NCBI GenBank assembly: GCA_963667015.2
Contig: CAXXJJ010000004.1
Coordinates: 224,001 to 288,000, forward strand
DNA from: Desulfatiglandales bacterium
GTDB taxonomy: Bacteria; Desulfobacterota; DSM-4660; Desulfatiglandales; HGW-15
Direction: 5' to 3'
Length of the DNA stretch: 64,000 bases
Shown here: positions 53,370 to 63,233 of the stretch, piece by piece
How the letters are laid out: each line of letters begins with the position of its first letter
Position numbering within the stretch: position 1 is the stretch's first letter
Position numbers and translations under genes: made by a program
Notes under the pieces: generated by a model
The model's database searches: none
Seen by the model: only the letters and a program-made list of their open reading frames with translations
Told to the model about the DNA's origin: nothing

Positions 53370-54912
53370 AAAAAACCTTTAAATTGGTTCCTCTCCGGAA
53401 CCAATGGGACATCCTGTCCGGATTCGTTGGGACCAACTATCCGGACAGGGTGGATTTTTTAACCGGTATATCCAGCTACTAGTGTCAGGATGCACTTTCC
53501 CTATCAACCCGGAATATGGTCCAGTACAAAGAGTCACCATTGCCTCAGCAGACCAAATGCTTGATCCTTCATTTGAGGGATTCACTGATGAGCAATTATT
53601 ACAGTTACTTGATCCAATATACAATGGAGCATCCTTAGAAAAAAACATCAAAAATGAATCAAATAATGAAACCGCAGAGGGTAAGGAGGGCAAGGAGCAG
53701 AATAATGAAGAACTTATGAAAAATCAACTTACGAAATCTGAGGAAAATATTCTCTCCAAAGAGTATAGTAATTTAACTCCATCCGAGAAAGAGAAGGCTC
53801 TAAGGTATGCTTTTAGAAATGCTAATCAAAATAATAAATATGGTGTTCCGCATCGTTCACAAATTCAAGATCGTTTAATAGCGGCCTCTAACCAGAGGTG
53901 TAATATTTATACGACATATTTAAAAAGGGTAAATACTAATCAAAATGCTATTTTGGGTACTTTAACAACCGTACTTGGTGGTGCAGGTGCTATTGTTACT
54001 GGTGAAAATTCGTCAAGACTTTTATCTGGCCTCGCGGGTATAACAAGCGGAACAAGAGCTGAATTGAATCAAACCATCTTTGAGTCAGTCGCTACAAGTG
54101 TTATAATTCCAGGCATACAAAATAAAAGAAATGAAATACTTACAAGCATTATGGCTAAACGTTCAAAGTCATTATCAGAATATACAATTGAAGGAGCAAT
54201 TGCTGATGCTATAATATATCATGGGGCATGTAGTATTGATGCAGGTATTGCATTCGCTCAGAAATCTATACAATCTTATGAAGATATTGGTGTAAATAAA
54301 TTGTCTGAGATACAAAATAAATTAAACATCACTAGAAGTTTATCGGAAACATTTACTCTTCCATCCATTGACACACTTACCGTTTGTGTTTCACTAGTTG
54401 AAGATCAGTTATCAAATCTCAAATCTAAACATCAAAAAACAATAGATGCCTTGGAAAATAATAAGGAAGATCATAACAAAATAATAATATTATACAATAA
54501 TCTTTTAAACTCATTAAAGAAGGATGGCGATCTAAGGAAAGAAGCTGAAAAGATAGATACTTTATTGACTTCAAACATGCTTGCGTATGTTTCAAGCAAA
54601 GGTGTAGAGAAAACAGAAAATTTCAGCAAACTTGAAGCTCAACAAATTGATGCAAGATCATTTGAAAGGAAATTAGATGCTAAAATAACAGAATTTCTTT
54701 ATGCACTCAGCATCAACAATTAATATTCACAATATTTAGGGGGGAATGTGAAAAACAAAGGGGATGCCCATAAGATTATAAGTTGATTAAATTGTAGTGG
54801 AGGGGGAGATCCCTTTACCTTATTTATTAGCTTGAAAAAGAAGTATCAAAGGCTATCAACATATATATTGAATCTAATGTCGACATTATTACCAACCTGA
54901 AACTGAACGAAA

Positions 54913-55536
54913 ATGACATTTTCTGAACAGCTGATCAATAGCATCAATAATTGTTACACAAATGATCCTGGGTTTTTCTGGGGTATTATTATTTTTTTAA
55001 TTATTACCGGTTGTGGGCTTTATTTAACCATCCCAGCCTACAGAAAAATTATAGGCACTAAATACTTTTTTCAACTTATTGCCCTGTTAATATTTGTTTC
55101 TCTCGCATTTCTTATCACCCTGCCAATATTCATTATTGAACAGATACTATTGTATTTTGATTTTGCTGTAAAACCGCCCTACACCTGGGTTTACATACCT
55201 GTTCCGATACTCTCAGCAATCATACTTAAAAGGGTATTAAAGCTTAACTATGAATATAAGAGTATCTCGACAAATAAGACCGGTATTAATAATCAGATAA
55301 AGAAATCTGGAATAAAACGAAAGAAAACTAAAACTGAGATATTTTTACTTTTGTTTTTTACGTTTTTTGCCGGGATTTGTGTGATGTGCGCGGTTAATGC
55401 AGTTATTCCATTTATTAACCCTGCAATAGAAGAAGCAATTATTCTTTTTATTGGTTTAATGGTAATACTGGGAATAATCGCTGCAACTGTTATTAAAATA
55501 TTGAATGTTTTTAATTTCCTGAAAGAACGGTTTTAA
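54913..55536 (+). CDS. Hypothetical integral membrane protein
   Basis: Several hydrophobic segments. Confidence 0.65.
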   Translation: MTFSEQLINSINNCYTNDPGFFWGIIIFLIITGCGLYLTIPAYRKIIGTKYFFQLIALLIFVSLAFLITLPIFIIEQILLYFDFAVKPPYTWVYIPVPILSAIILKRVLKLNYEYKSISTNKTGINNQIKKSGIKRKKTKTEIFLLLFFTFFAGICVMCAVNAVIPFINPAIEEAIILFIGLMVILGIIAATVIKILNVFNFLKERF

Positions 55537-55727
55537 ATTTTACAAAAGGGGGGCTGCCCTTGACTCTTGCACATATAAATAATAACAGAGGTAACAACAG
55601 CCCCTTTATTATAAGGATCACCTCCAATGATGATCAGGGATCGAGTGATAAATTGACTTCAGCAATATTAACCTTCACTCACATCTGTAAAACAGTCTAG
55701 TTGTAAAGATAACAAGGAGGTAATTCA

Positions 55728-55999
55728 ATGAAACAAAAAAAATTGATACCTGGAAAAGAATAAGATCAAATGGTAAAGGGCGTTTTATTTTCGATACAAT
55801 TTGTGTTGTTTATTGTATTGTTTCTATTATAACTACACTTATTGAATTATGGCCAGATGGTAAATTTATGCATCCCGGAGGGTTCCTTCTCAAAGTCATT
55901 ATTTTATTTGCAGGTGGCTTTATAATAGCTTTAATTGCCTGGAATAATAATGAGAAGGAATTTAAAAAAGCAGGTACAATAGAAAGCAAATCTGTTTAA
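55728..55999 (+). pseudogene. Small two-TM membrane protein, frameshifted in an A8 run (55735-55742); absent from the ORF track
   Basis: GGAGG RBS; adding one A gives MKQKKIDTWKRIRSNGKGRFIF...AWNNNEKEFKK...*. Confidence 0.6.
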
Positions 56000-56126
56000 C
56001 CATGCTGACAAGAGCTAGCGGGCTATTTTTTCGCCTTTTTTAATCTCTGGCAATGGGCAATCTTTCTCACGACCAATGAGTGAGCTGGCTTGTACCGCCC
56101 TGGCCCTTACCGCCACGGTGTTATCT
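55994..56126 (+). other. attC-like recombination site
   Basis: GTTTAAC overlaps the stop codon; ends GTTATCT; interior resembles 63088-63221. Confidence 0.6.
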
Positions 56127-56149
56127 TCAAAAACAAGGAGTAATTCTTT

Positions 56150-56770
56150 ATGGATTTACATGTCTATTTTGCATTCGTTTTTGCGACAACGATAATGATC
56201 GCATTACCGGGCCCCAGCGTTATTTTAACAATCGCTCACAGTATTTCATTTGGTCGTCTTCATGGAATAATCACTGTCGCAGGAGCAACACTGGGAATTG
56301 CTTTTCAATTATTGGTCGCAGCGATAGGTCTTACATCTATCCTCAACACTGTTGCGGGAGCATTTGAATTGTTTCGTTGGGCTGGAGCCGCATATCTAGT
56401 ATACCTCGGAGTAAAGCAATGGAAAGGTGCAAATAAACCTTTGGAACTTAGTACATCAAATATGTCAAAAAAGAACATTTTTGCGCAAGGCGTTGTTGTT
56501 ACGATTTTCAATCCGAAGAGCCTTGTTTTTATCGCTGCTTTTCTTCCGCAATTCATTGACATAGGTCGGTCCCTTGCCCTTCAATTCATTATCATCGTAC
56601 CTACTTTTTTAGTGATTACTTTTACTGTGACATCAGTTTGGGCTATAACCGCGGGATCAGCAAGAAGATTCTTGAAAAGTCAGCGGGTAGTTAAAGCAGT
56701 TTCCCGGACATCCGGAGGATTGATGATTATAGCGGGAATGGGGCTGGCGGCTGCCCGTCGGAGTAATTAA
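56150..56770 (+). CDS. LysE/RhtB-family exporter (gene cassette)
   Basis: PGP motif, GAAYLVYLG, NPKS. Confidence 0.92.
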   Translation: MDLHVYFAFVFATTIMIALPGPSVILTIAHSISFGRLHGIITVAGATLGIAFQLLVAAIGLTSILNTVAGAFELFRWAGAAYLVYLGVKQWKGANKPLELSTSNMSKKNIFAQGVVVTIFNPKSLVFIAAFLPQFIDIGRSLALQFIIIVPTFLVITFTVTSVWAITAGSARRFLKSQRVVKAVSRTSGGLMIIAGMGLAAARRSN

Positions 56771-56789
56771 TAGCAAAAAAATGGTTAGC

Positions 56790-56863
56790 AGATAACAAAT
56801 GCATTTATAGGAGGTTCCCCGCTGCTGAAGCTCTGGGGAACCCGGGTTATGCTGGTGTTAAGC
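56790..56863 (+). other. attC-like recombination site (74 bp)
   Basis: AGATAAC...GCAT...GGTTCCCC/GGGGAACC stem...ATGC...GTTAAGC. Confidence 0.75.
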
Positions 56864-56883
56864 GCCTGGAATAAGAAACTGCA

Positions 56884-57315
56884 ATGAACTTTGAACTTCG
56901 CAATGTGAATGAAAATGACTTTGACTGGCTTTTTGAATTGAGAAGCCAGACCATGTCAAAGTATATAAATGATTCTGGTGACAATTTCAATTTAGGCACT
57001 CAATCTAAAAGAATCATGAAGGAATACGAGTCTATTAAAATTGTCAGGAGTGATAATCAAGACATTGGCATGTTTAAGGTAAAACGCAACTCCGACAAAT
57101 GGGAAATAATTCAAATTCAACTTCTCCCTGATTATCAACATATGGGAATAGGTACAAAATTAATTCAGGAACTCCAGATGGAAGCTTCACAGCAAAGTGC
57201 AGCAATCTTTCTAAGTGTTCTAAAGGTAAATCCGGCAAAAAGACTATATGAAAGACTTGGGTTTGAGGTAATCCAGGAAAAAGAAAAATCGTATACAATG
57301 CGTTACAGGGCTTAA
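56884..57315 (+). CDS. GNAT-family N-acetyltransferase (gene cassette)
   Basis: PDYQHMGIGT and NPAKRLYERLGF. Confidence 0.92.
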   Translation: MNFELRNVNENDFDWLFELRSQTMSKYINDSGDNFNLGTQSKRIMKEYESIKIVRSDNQDIGMFKVKRNSDKWEIIQIQLLPDYQHMGIGTKLIQELQMEASQQSAAIFLSVLKVNPAKRLYERLGFEVIQEKEKSYTMRYRA

Positions 57316-57382
57316 CATCATTTGGCTGCACAAGACCCCGGAGGGTTCCTTGCTTGTTGCGGAAATCACGGCGGGGCTTGTG
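57310..57382 (+). other. attC-like site truncated on its right side by a GAATCGGGGTC motif
   Basis: GCTTAAC overlaps the stop; CACAAGACCCCG/CGGGGCTTGTG stem; paralog at 60187-60271. Confidence 0.65.
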
Positions 57383-57557
57383 AATCGGGGTCTGGCCCAA
57401 GGTAATCCATGTTAAATTCCCAAAGGGGACTGCGAAGCAGTATTTAACAGGGCAGGCTAGTTGGAATAATAAATTAAAAGCCGTAGAATCACTCTATTTT
57501 AGAGCTCAAACCATTCTTTTGAAAAGTGAAAATAGACCAATAACAAGCGAGGTGAAT

Positions 57558-58292
57558 ATGCAGCATGAAGCTATGATTTTGCATGGTAAATCACTTTTTG
57601 ATTATAACAATGGTGATCGGGCGGCTGAAATTATTTTACGACGTGATGATGGATTTGAAGACGTGTTACCTGTGAGCTTCTTTTTTAGATCTGAATCGGA
57701 GTTTTTACCTGGTGAATCTGAAGCAATTAATCAGTCAAAAGGGCGTATACTGGATATTGGTGCGGGGAGTGGTGTCCATTCACTTGTTCTGCAATCCAGA
57801 GGTTTGAATGTTACTGCGATAGATATAGACAGCAAGGCAGTCAATATAATGATTGAAAAAGGGATAAAAGATGCTCGTTGTGTTGATGTTATGCAATTTC
57901 AGGATGGACCCTATGATACGCTTTTGATGTTGGGTCATGGTATAGGTATGACTGGAAATATTCAGGGCTTAAACCGCTTTTTAAATCATGCGTCAGGCCT
58001 TCTCGGAGAAAATGGGCAGATATTAATGAACTCAGTAGATGTTCGTAAAACACAGGATCCTGTGCACTTGAAATATCATGAAGCAAATAAAGATAAGGGA
58101 CGATATTTTGGAGAAATAAATCTGCAATTTGAATATAAAGGTGAACAAGGTCCATTTTTTGAGTGGTTACATATTGATCCGCAAACACTGCAAAGACAGG
58201 CGGCAAATATAAACTGGAAAACGGAAATATTATATAAACATGAGGATGGGGAATATCTTGCACGATTGACCTGTAAAAGATCTGCTCAATAA
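57558..58292 (+). CDS. Class I SAM-dependent methyltransferase
   Basis: ILDIGAGSG, AIDID, YDTLLMLGHGIG. Confidence 0.9.
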   Translation: MQHEAMILHGKSLFDYNNGDRAAEIILRRDDGFEDVLPVSFFFRSESEFLPGESEAINQSKGRILDIGAGSGVHSLVLQSRGLNVTAIDIDSKAVNIMIEKGIKDARCVDVMQFQDGPYDTLLMLGHGIGMTGNIQGLNRFLNHASGLLGENGQILMNSVDVRKTQDPVHLKYHEANKDKGRYFGEINLQFEYKGEQGPFFEWLHIDPQTLQRQAANINWKTEILYKHEDGEYLARLTCKRSAQ

Positions 58293-58793
58293 CTTGTTAT
58301 ATTAAAATATGGAATCAAGGATCTGATAAAATGGATATTGAACAAAACAAATCCAACAAAATAATTTTTCCAATTGTTACAATCTTTATCACTGGTATTA
58401 CAGTTGGAATGCTCACATTTTCTATCGTACCTTTGTTTATCCAGAATTATTCCATTATAGCGCCTGGACTAAAAACTATTATATATATGATCTTTTTCTT
58501 ATATTTTTTAGAAAACATTTTCGTACTTTCCGGTTCCTACTTAATGATTAAACATAATAAAATAAATTATTTTCTTTTGATAACTGCATTACTCTATTCG
58601 ATTACAATTAGCGTGAACGGTTTAAAGTTCGCTTTTTTACCGTTTAGATTGGACTTCACTTTACAATACAACTCGGGAAATAGTATTGTGGGTGTTGGTG
58701 TTAATTTAATTGGCTTAATATTTATAATCTGGTGGTGCATTATCTACAAAAAAGATAATTTTATAAGCAAATTAAATATGGAAGACCTTTGTA

Positions 58794-59910
58794 TTAACCC
58801 GGCAATTAAATAGGAGACTATCAAGCAGCATAAGCAATCTTAGGGTGTTTAAAATATTTTTTAACACGTCCAGGTAGTTTTTGAAGCTTTCTCAAATGAG
58901 AAATAGCTTTTTGCTTGAGTTCTTTTTTTGTTCTGGCTGGAATACCAGAATGTACACCGACCTTTAGGTCGCAGTTTAGGTATTCATCAGGATTTAATTC
59001 CGGTGAATATGATGGAAGAAAGAACAACTCAATTTTGTCTTCATGTTCTTTCAGCCAGTCTTTGACAATATAGCTATGATGGACTTTCAAATTATCTACA
59101 ATCAAAAAGATTTTTTTATCAGCATCTTTGATCAATCGTTCCATGAATTTGATCATCGTTTGGGAATTCATCTTGTTTTTATAAACCATAAAACGAACTT
59201 TACCTTGATTGGTGACAGAGGAAATCAGGTTGACGCGCTGGCACCTGGGATGAAGCCTAATCGCCGGTGTTTCACCACGAGGAGCGTAACTTCTTCCATG
59301 GTAACTGTCGTTACACAATCCAGTCTCATCCCCCCAATGAATTTCCGCGGTCTCTTTTTTTGCACGTTTGGAAATATCCGAGTATTCTGTCTCCAACCAA
59401 GCTTTGACTGCTTTTGGATTTTGTTTATAGGCTTTCTTCAGTGGTTTTTGTGGAGTAAAATTCCATCTGTTCAGATACTCGCCAACAGTTCTGATCGGCA
59501 TATCTATATTCCACAATTGTTTGATGAGTTGCTGTACGGCAATGCGTGTCCACAAAGCAAATGGTAATTTCATTTGGTCAGGGCATTTGTCTTGTATAGC
59601 TTTTTGCAATTCTTTTTCCTGATCAGGTGTCAACGTGCGGCAACTGCCCTTTGGACGGCCACGCTTTTTAATTTTAAGGGCTTTATTACCTTCTTTTTGA
59701 TAAAGAGCCCACCATGTACTGCAAATGGATCGGCTCACTCCTGTAATGGCACTGATCTCATTATGCGTTCGTCCCTGTTTTCGGAGTCGAATGACTTGAT
59801 TACGAATTTGTTGTTGGGCATCAGTGCTGAGTTTCCTTGCGTCTATTTTTTCCATGATCGTGTTATAACAAAATACGATCCATTTGTTAAGTATTTTGTT
59901 GCCGGGTTAA
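58794..59910 (-). mobile_element. IS630-family element, copy 2 (1117 bp, inverted relative to copy 1)
   Basis: Same IRs, TA duplication, identical translated transposase. Confidence 0.93.
58821..59855 (-). CDS. IS630-family transposase
   Basis: Protein identical to that of 41167-42201. Confidence 0.95.
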   Translation of the reverse strand: MEKIDARKLSTDAQQQIRNQVIRLRKQGRTHNEISAITGVSRSICSTWWALYQKEGNKALKIKKRGRPKGSCRTLTPDQEKELQKAIQDKCPDQMKLPFALWTRIAVQQLIKQLWNIDMPIRTVGEYLNRWNFTPQKPLKKAYKQNPKAVKAWLETEYSDISKRAKKETAEIHWGDETGLCNDSYHGRSYAPRGETPAIRLHPRCQRVNLISSVTNQGKVRFMVYKNKMNSQTMIKFMERLIKDADKKIFLIVDNLKVHHSYIVKDWLKEHEDKIELFFLPSYSPELNPDEYLNCDLKVGVHSGIPARTKKELKQKAISHLRKLQKLPGRVKKYFKHPKIAYAA

Positions 59911-60186
59911 TAAAAATTATCTTTCAGAGCTAGAAAAATTAAGATCACAAATGAGTGATCTAGGCTATGTGCAAATTAGAGGTGAAGGGAAAAAATCTTT
60001 TATTTATGCTTCAGTTGATGGAAGAACAATTGAACTATCCAAAGCGGATGATGGTATTTGGGTATGGTTTTGCGACGGAAATAACGAATCATCCGAATAT
60101 GATAAAACATTTCCAAATTACGAAATGGCCCTTAAAGCAGTACGTGATTGGCTCAGTAAAAAATAATTATAAATAGTACAAATGGA

Positions 60187-60271
60187 GTTTATCATAGCGA
60201 TCTACAAGACCCCGGAGAGTCTCTTGCTTGTTGCGAAAATAACTGCGGGGCTTGTCAGTTAATCATTATGA
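60187..60271 (+). other. Degenerate attC-like site
   Basis: ACAAGACCCCG...CGGGGCTTGT stem shared with 57310-57382; core sites decayed. Confidence 0.5.
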
Positions 60272-60274
60272 TCA

Positions 60275-60430
60275 TGGAATCAAAAAGATAAATGGATTAC
60301 GAATTAGATATCAACAAATTGGTGATGCGAAACGATTTTATGAGATACCTACTCATCTAAGGCAGTACAATTTGTTGAAGATATCTGCTTTAATGAGCTT
60401 GGCCTGGAACGAATAGAACTCATCATCCTT
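60275..60430 (+). pseudogene. Decayed RimJ/RimL-type GNAT remnant
   Basis: Fragments IRYQQIGDAKRFYEI and KAVQFVEDICFNELGLERIELII; cut off at GGGGGCAGG. Confidence 0.5.
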
Positions 60431-60631
60431 GGGGGCAGGTATTGAATCTTGAATTATTCTTAAATAAGTTTTAAGAATAACTGTATCTTTTCGGGGATAA
60501 TGAATTACTGCCTTATAGCGTAAAAGTTGCATCGTCTTATGCCTTATAAAAACAAAATATTTGAGTCGTCATTCTTCGGCTTAACCGCTTAACTTAACTG
60601 ACACCTAATATTAACAGGGAGATATGAGTAT

Positions 60632-61677
60632 ATGAAAATTATAACCATGATTTTGATACTGGCAGGATGTCTTTCGACAACAACATATGCGGATAACACA
60701 TCTAAGGATGAAAACAGGCTTATCCTTGAAGAACTAAAAGAGATTCGTTCGGCTCTTAATCGCATAGCTGACGAATTATCAGAAATTAGATCGTCAAAAG
60801 AAAAACAGGATGATATCCGTCAGAGTTTCTCCGGAACTTTCCCATTAAACAGTCGAGGGCCTGATATTGACAAGCTGGCTGATATAACACTTTCCAATGA
60901 TGCCGGACCTGATGAAGTAAAGAAATATATCCGTGATATTATAAAGGCCTCTCAGGGACAAAGCACATACTCGGATCGAGATCCACAGGTGGCTATGCTT
61001 GCAAAAATCGGTAAAAAAATCTGCAGTTACTCATTGATTCACTTTCCTATTCACCGTCAATGAGCAATAATTTTCATCTTGAACGTGCCATTTTATTATT
61101 ATCAGATGAGAGCAGCAAATCAGCTATTCTTGAAGTTCTTCCGATTCACCATAATCTGGTAAGAGTAGTTATTCAGAACGGATGGGAGACAGATGCCAGA
61201 AGTATCCTTCTGGCCGAGCTCAAAAAAATTGGACAACATCTACCTGTAGAATGGGTAAGAGCTGTTGCCAGTCTGCGTGACAGTGAAACCTATGACCTTC
61301 TGAGAAACTATTTTGTAAATGGAAATAATCGTGCCAATACATACATGGAGATTCAGCGCTTTCCAATAGAAGATTTGCCGGCAGCAGTGGCGGAGGCCTG
61401 GGAGAAAAGTAAGTATGATCAGGGGTACAACCGCATCAGCATGGCAGTCATAGCTTTGCAGTACGGCCATCTTGATGCTCTTGAAGCACTTGTCGAATCG
61501 CTGGCATCAGGCGGTCCTGACAGTTACTGGATGATCCAGGAGGCACGGCCAGCTGTTCTTCAGTACACCGGTTTCAAAGGTTCTAATAAAGAGTTAAAGA
61601 GCTGGTTTGAGGCCAACCGTTCTGTTCTCAAATTTGATTCTGAGAAAAAGAAGTTTGTAGTAGACACTAAGGACTGA
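60632..61677 (+). pseudogene. Exported hypothetical protein, frameshifted in an A7 run (61013-61019)
   Basis: Signal peptide; adding one A joins AKIGKK to NLQLLIDSLSYSPSMSNN. Confidence 0.7.
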
Positions 61678-61788
61678 TAAAAAAGTAAGTCGTGGAGACT
61701 GGGATGCCCTTTTGCTATGGTGCGTGGACGAGACGTCCATAAGAAACTGAGAAACTGAAGAGGAATACTCTACTGCTACACAGATCCA

Positions 61789-62120
61789 TAGAATAACTTG
61801 TTAAAAGCTTAAAGGTAATCAATATCCGGGATAACAAAATCCATATTTATCGGAAATGGCAATGTTGCCAAATCCGATAATTAGAAAAAATAAAATAAAA
61901 ATCATGAGTAATAAAAGGCAGTTATCCATTTTTAGTATGTGATAAATAGCAGCTCAAAAATTGAAATCCGGACAATAAACGTTCTATTTAGGAAAAATGG
62001 CAGTGTTGCCAAAATTCCTAAATAGAAACATCGAATCAAATTTATTTTGAAATTATAGATGGTTATAGAAAACATGGTGTGGCTAAATAGCAGTCAAAAT
62101 CTCGGGATATCTTTCTGTAT
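61789..62120. repeat. 332-bp non-coding repeat, copy 2
   Basis: Direct repeat of 50447-50778. Confidence 0.88.
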
Positions 62121-62201
62121 GACTTTCTATTTGCAACAATATCCAGATCTAAAAAATTACTTGTTATGTCACTATGAATCTGCTCACTAAAGGAGAAAAC
62201 T

Positions 62202-62615
62202 ATGCAACCAGAAGCCTTAATTCGTACCTTCATTGATGAAGCATTCAACAAGGGGAATCTTTCGATACTCGAGGATATCATTCATACTGAGTACCAATAT
62301 TTGAGCCCTGACAACAGCCAGCTAAAAGGCATAGGTCAATTGACAGAATTTATTCAGGCGTTCCGCAAAGGCTTTCCTGATCTTAACCTTCAGATAGATG
62401 ATCTGTTTGTGTCAAATGACCGCTCGTGTACTGCCTTTACACTTAGAGGCACTCACGAGGACGATTTCATGGGGATTCCGGCAACTAAAAAGTCGGTGGA
62501 AGTCCGAGGAATGGTAATGAGCCGATTTAAAGACAACAAGATCTTTGAGGATTGGGAGATTCTCGACAACTTGAGCTTTTTTCAACAGCTTGGGGTTGTT
62601 CCTGAACTCTCCTAA
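62202..62615 (+). CDS. SnoaL-like ester cyclase family protein
   Basis: GFPDL, GTHEDDFMGIPATKK, FQQLG; AAGGAG RBS. Confidence 0.88.
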   Translation: MQPEALIRTFIDEAFNKGNLSILEDIIHTEYQYLSPDNSQLKGIGQLTEFIQAFRKGFPDLNLQIDDLFVSNDRSCTAFTLRGTHEDDFMGIPATKKSVEVRGMVMSRFKDNKIFEDWEILDNLSFFQQLGVVPELS

Positions 62616-63087
62616 TGCACTGCTGCCAGGTGTTATCGTTAAAATGGTCAACAGTGTTGAATTGGCGAATCTTTGAATTGGGGTCGGACCAGGATAACCC
62701 CGGTTAAATGTTGTTTCGCGATCCACTATGCAGAATCAACTCGGTAAAAGGAAGATCACAGGATACTTGACATTGACATGAACTGTTTTCTCCATAATAA
62801 TTTTTTATGTCACAGTCAATCACAGTCTGTGTCATTGGTGTGCTGAGAAATAATGAAAACAAAATATCATGGCAGGAGAAAGCAGTTGCCAATAACAAGT
62901 AACTAAAGGACGCGAGAATTGATCTGATAATTAAAAAGGTAACAAAATATCAAGGAAATTCATTTGAAAATAAATTCAAAACAATATAAAAAGAAACATC
63001 CAAAAACATAGTATTCAAAAAGTATCAAATCTTTAAAATCAGTAATTGAAAGTAAGCAGTCAAAAACAAATTTAACAGGTTGGCCGC

Positions 63088-63221
63088 AGCCAGCCATTGC
63101 ATCTACAAGGACCATGCTATTTTTTACGCCTTTTTTAATCTATCTGCTAACTCGAATCTTTCAAGCATTTAACATGGCAGGTCGGTTTGCACCGCACGGT
63201 CTGTAATGCTTTTCGTTCTCA
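63088..63221 (+). other. attC-like site
   Basis: GCATCTACAAGGACCATGC pairs with GCACGGTCTGTAATGC with bulged bases; GTT at 63215. Confidence 0.55.
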
Positions 63222-63233
63222 CTATCAGAAACA

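Larger units (their letters stand above)
50898..53474 (+). mobile_element. IS21-family element (2577 bp)
   Basis: TG...CA ends (TGGATATTCCGG / CCGGTATATCCA); 5-bp GCTAC duplication (50893-50897 and 53475-53479). Confidence 0.92.
50852..54723 (+). pseudogene. Lipoprotein interrupted in its signal peptide by IS21 (429 aa when rejoined)
   Basis: AAGGAGG RBS; removing the IS gives MIISKKIFSALPILLLVSGC-TFPINPEY. Confidence 0.85.
58331..60166 (+). pseudogene. Membrane protein reading frame interrupted by IS630 copy 2 (238 aa when rejoined)
   Basis: Removing the IS gives in-frame MEDLC-KNYLSELEKLRSQ-MSDLGYV. Confidence 0.7.

Noticed and set aside
53404..53479. ORF-track N terminus of the 439-aa protein
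   Set aside because: It derives from the IS21 right end; the real start is 50852.
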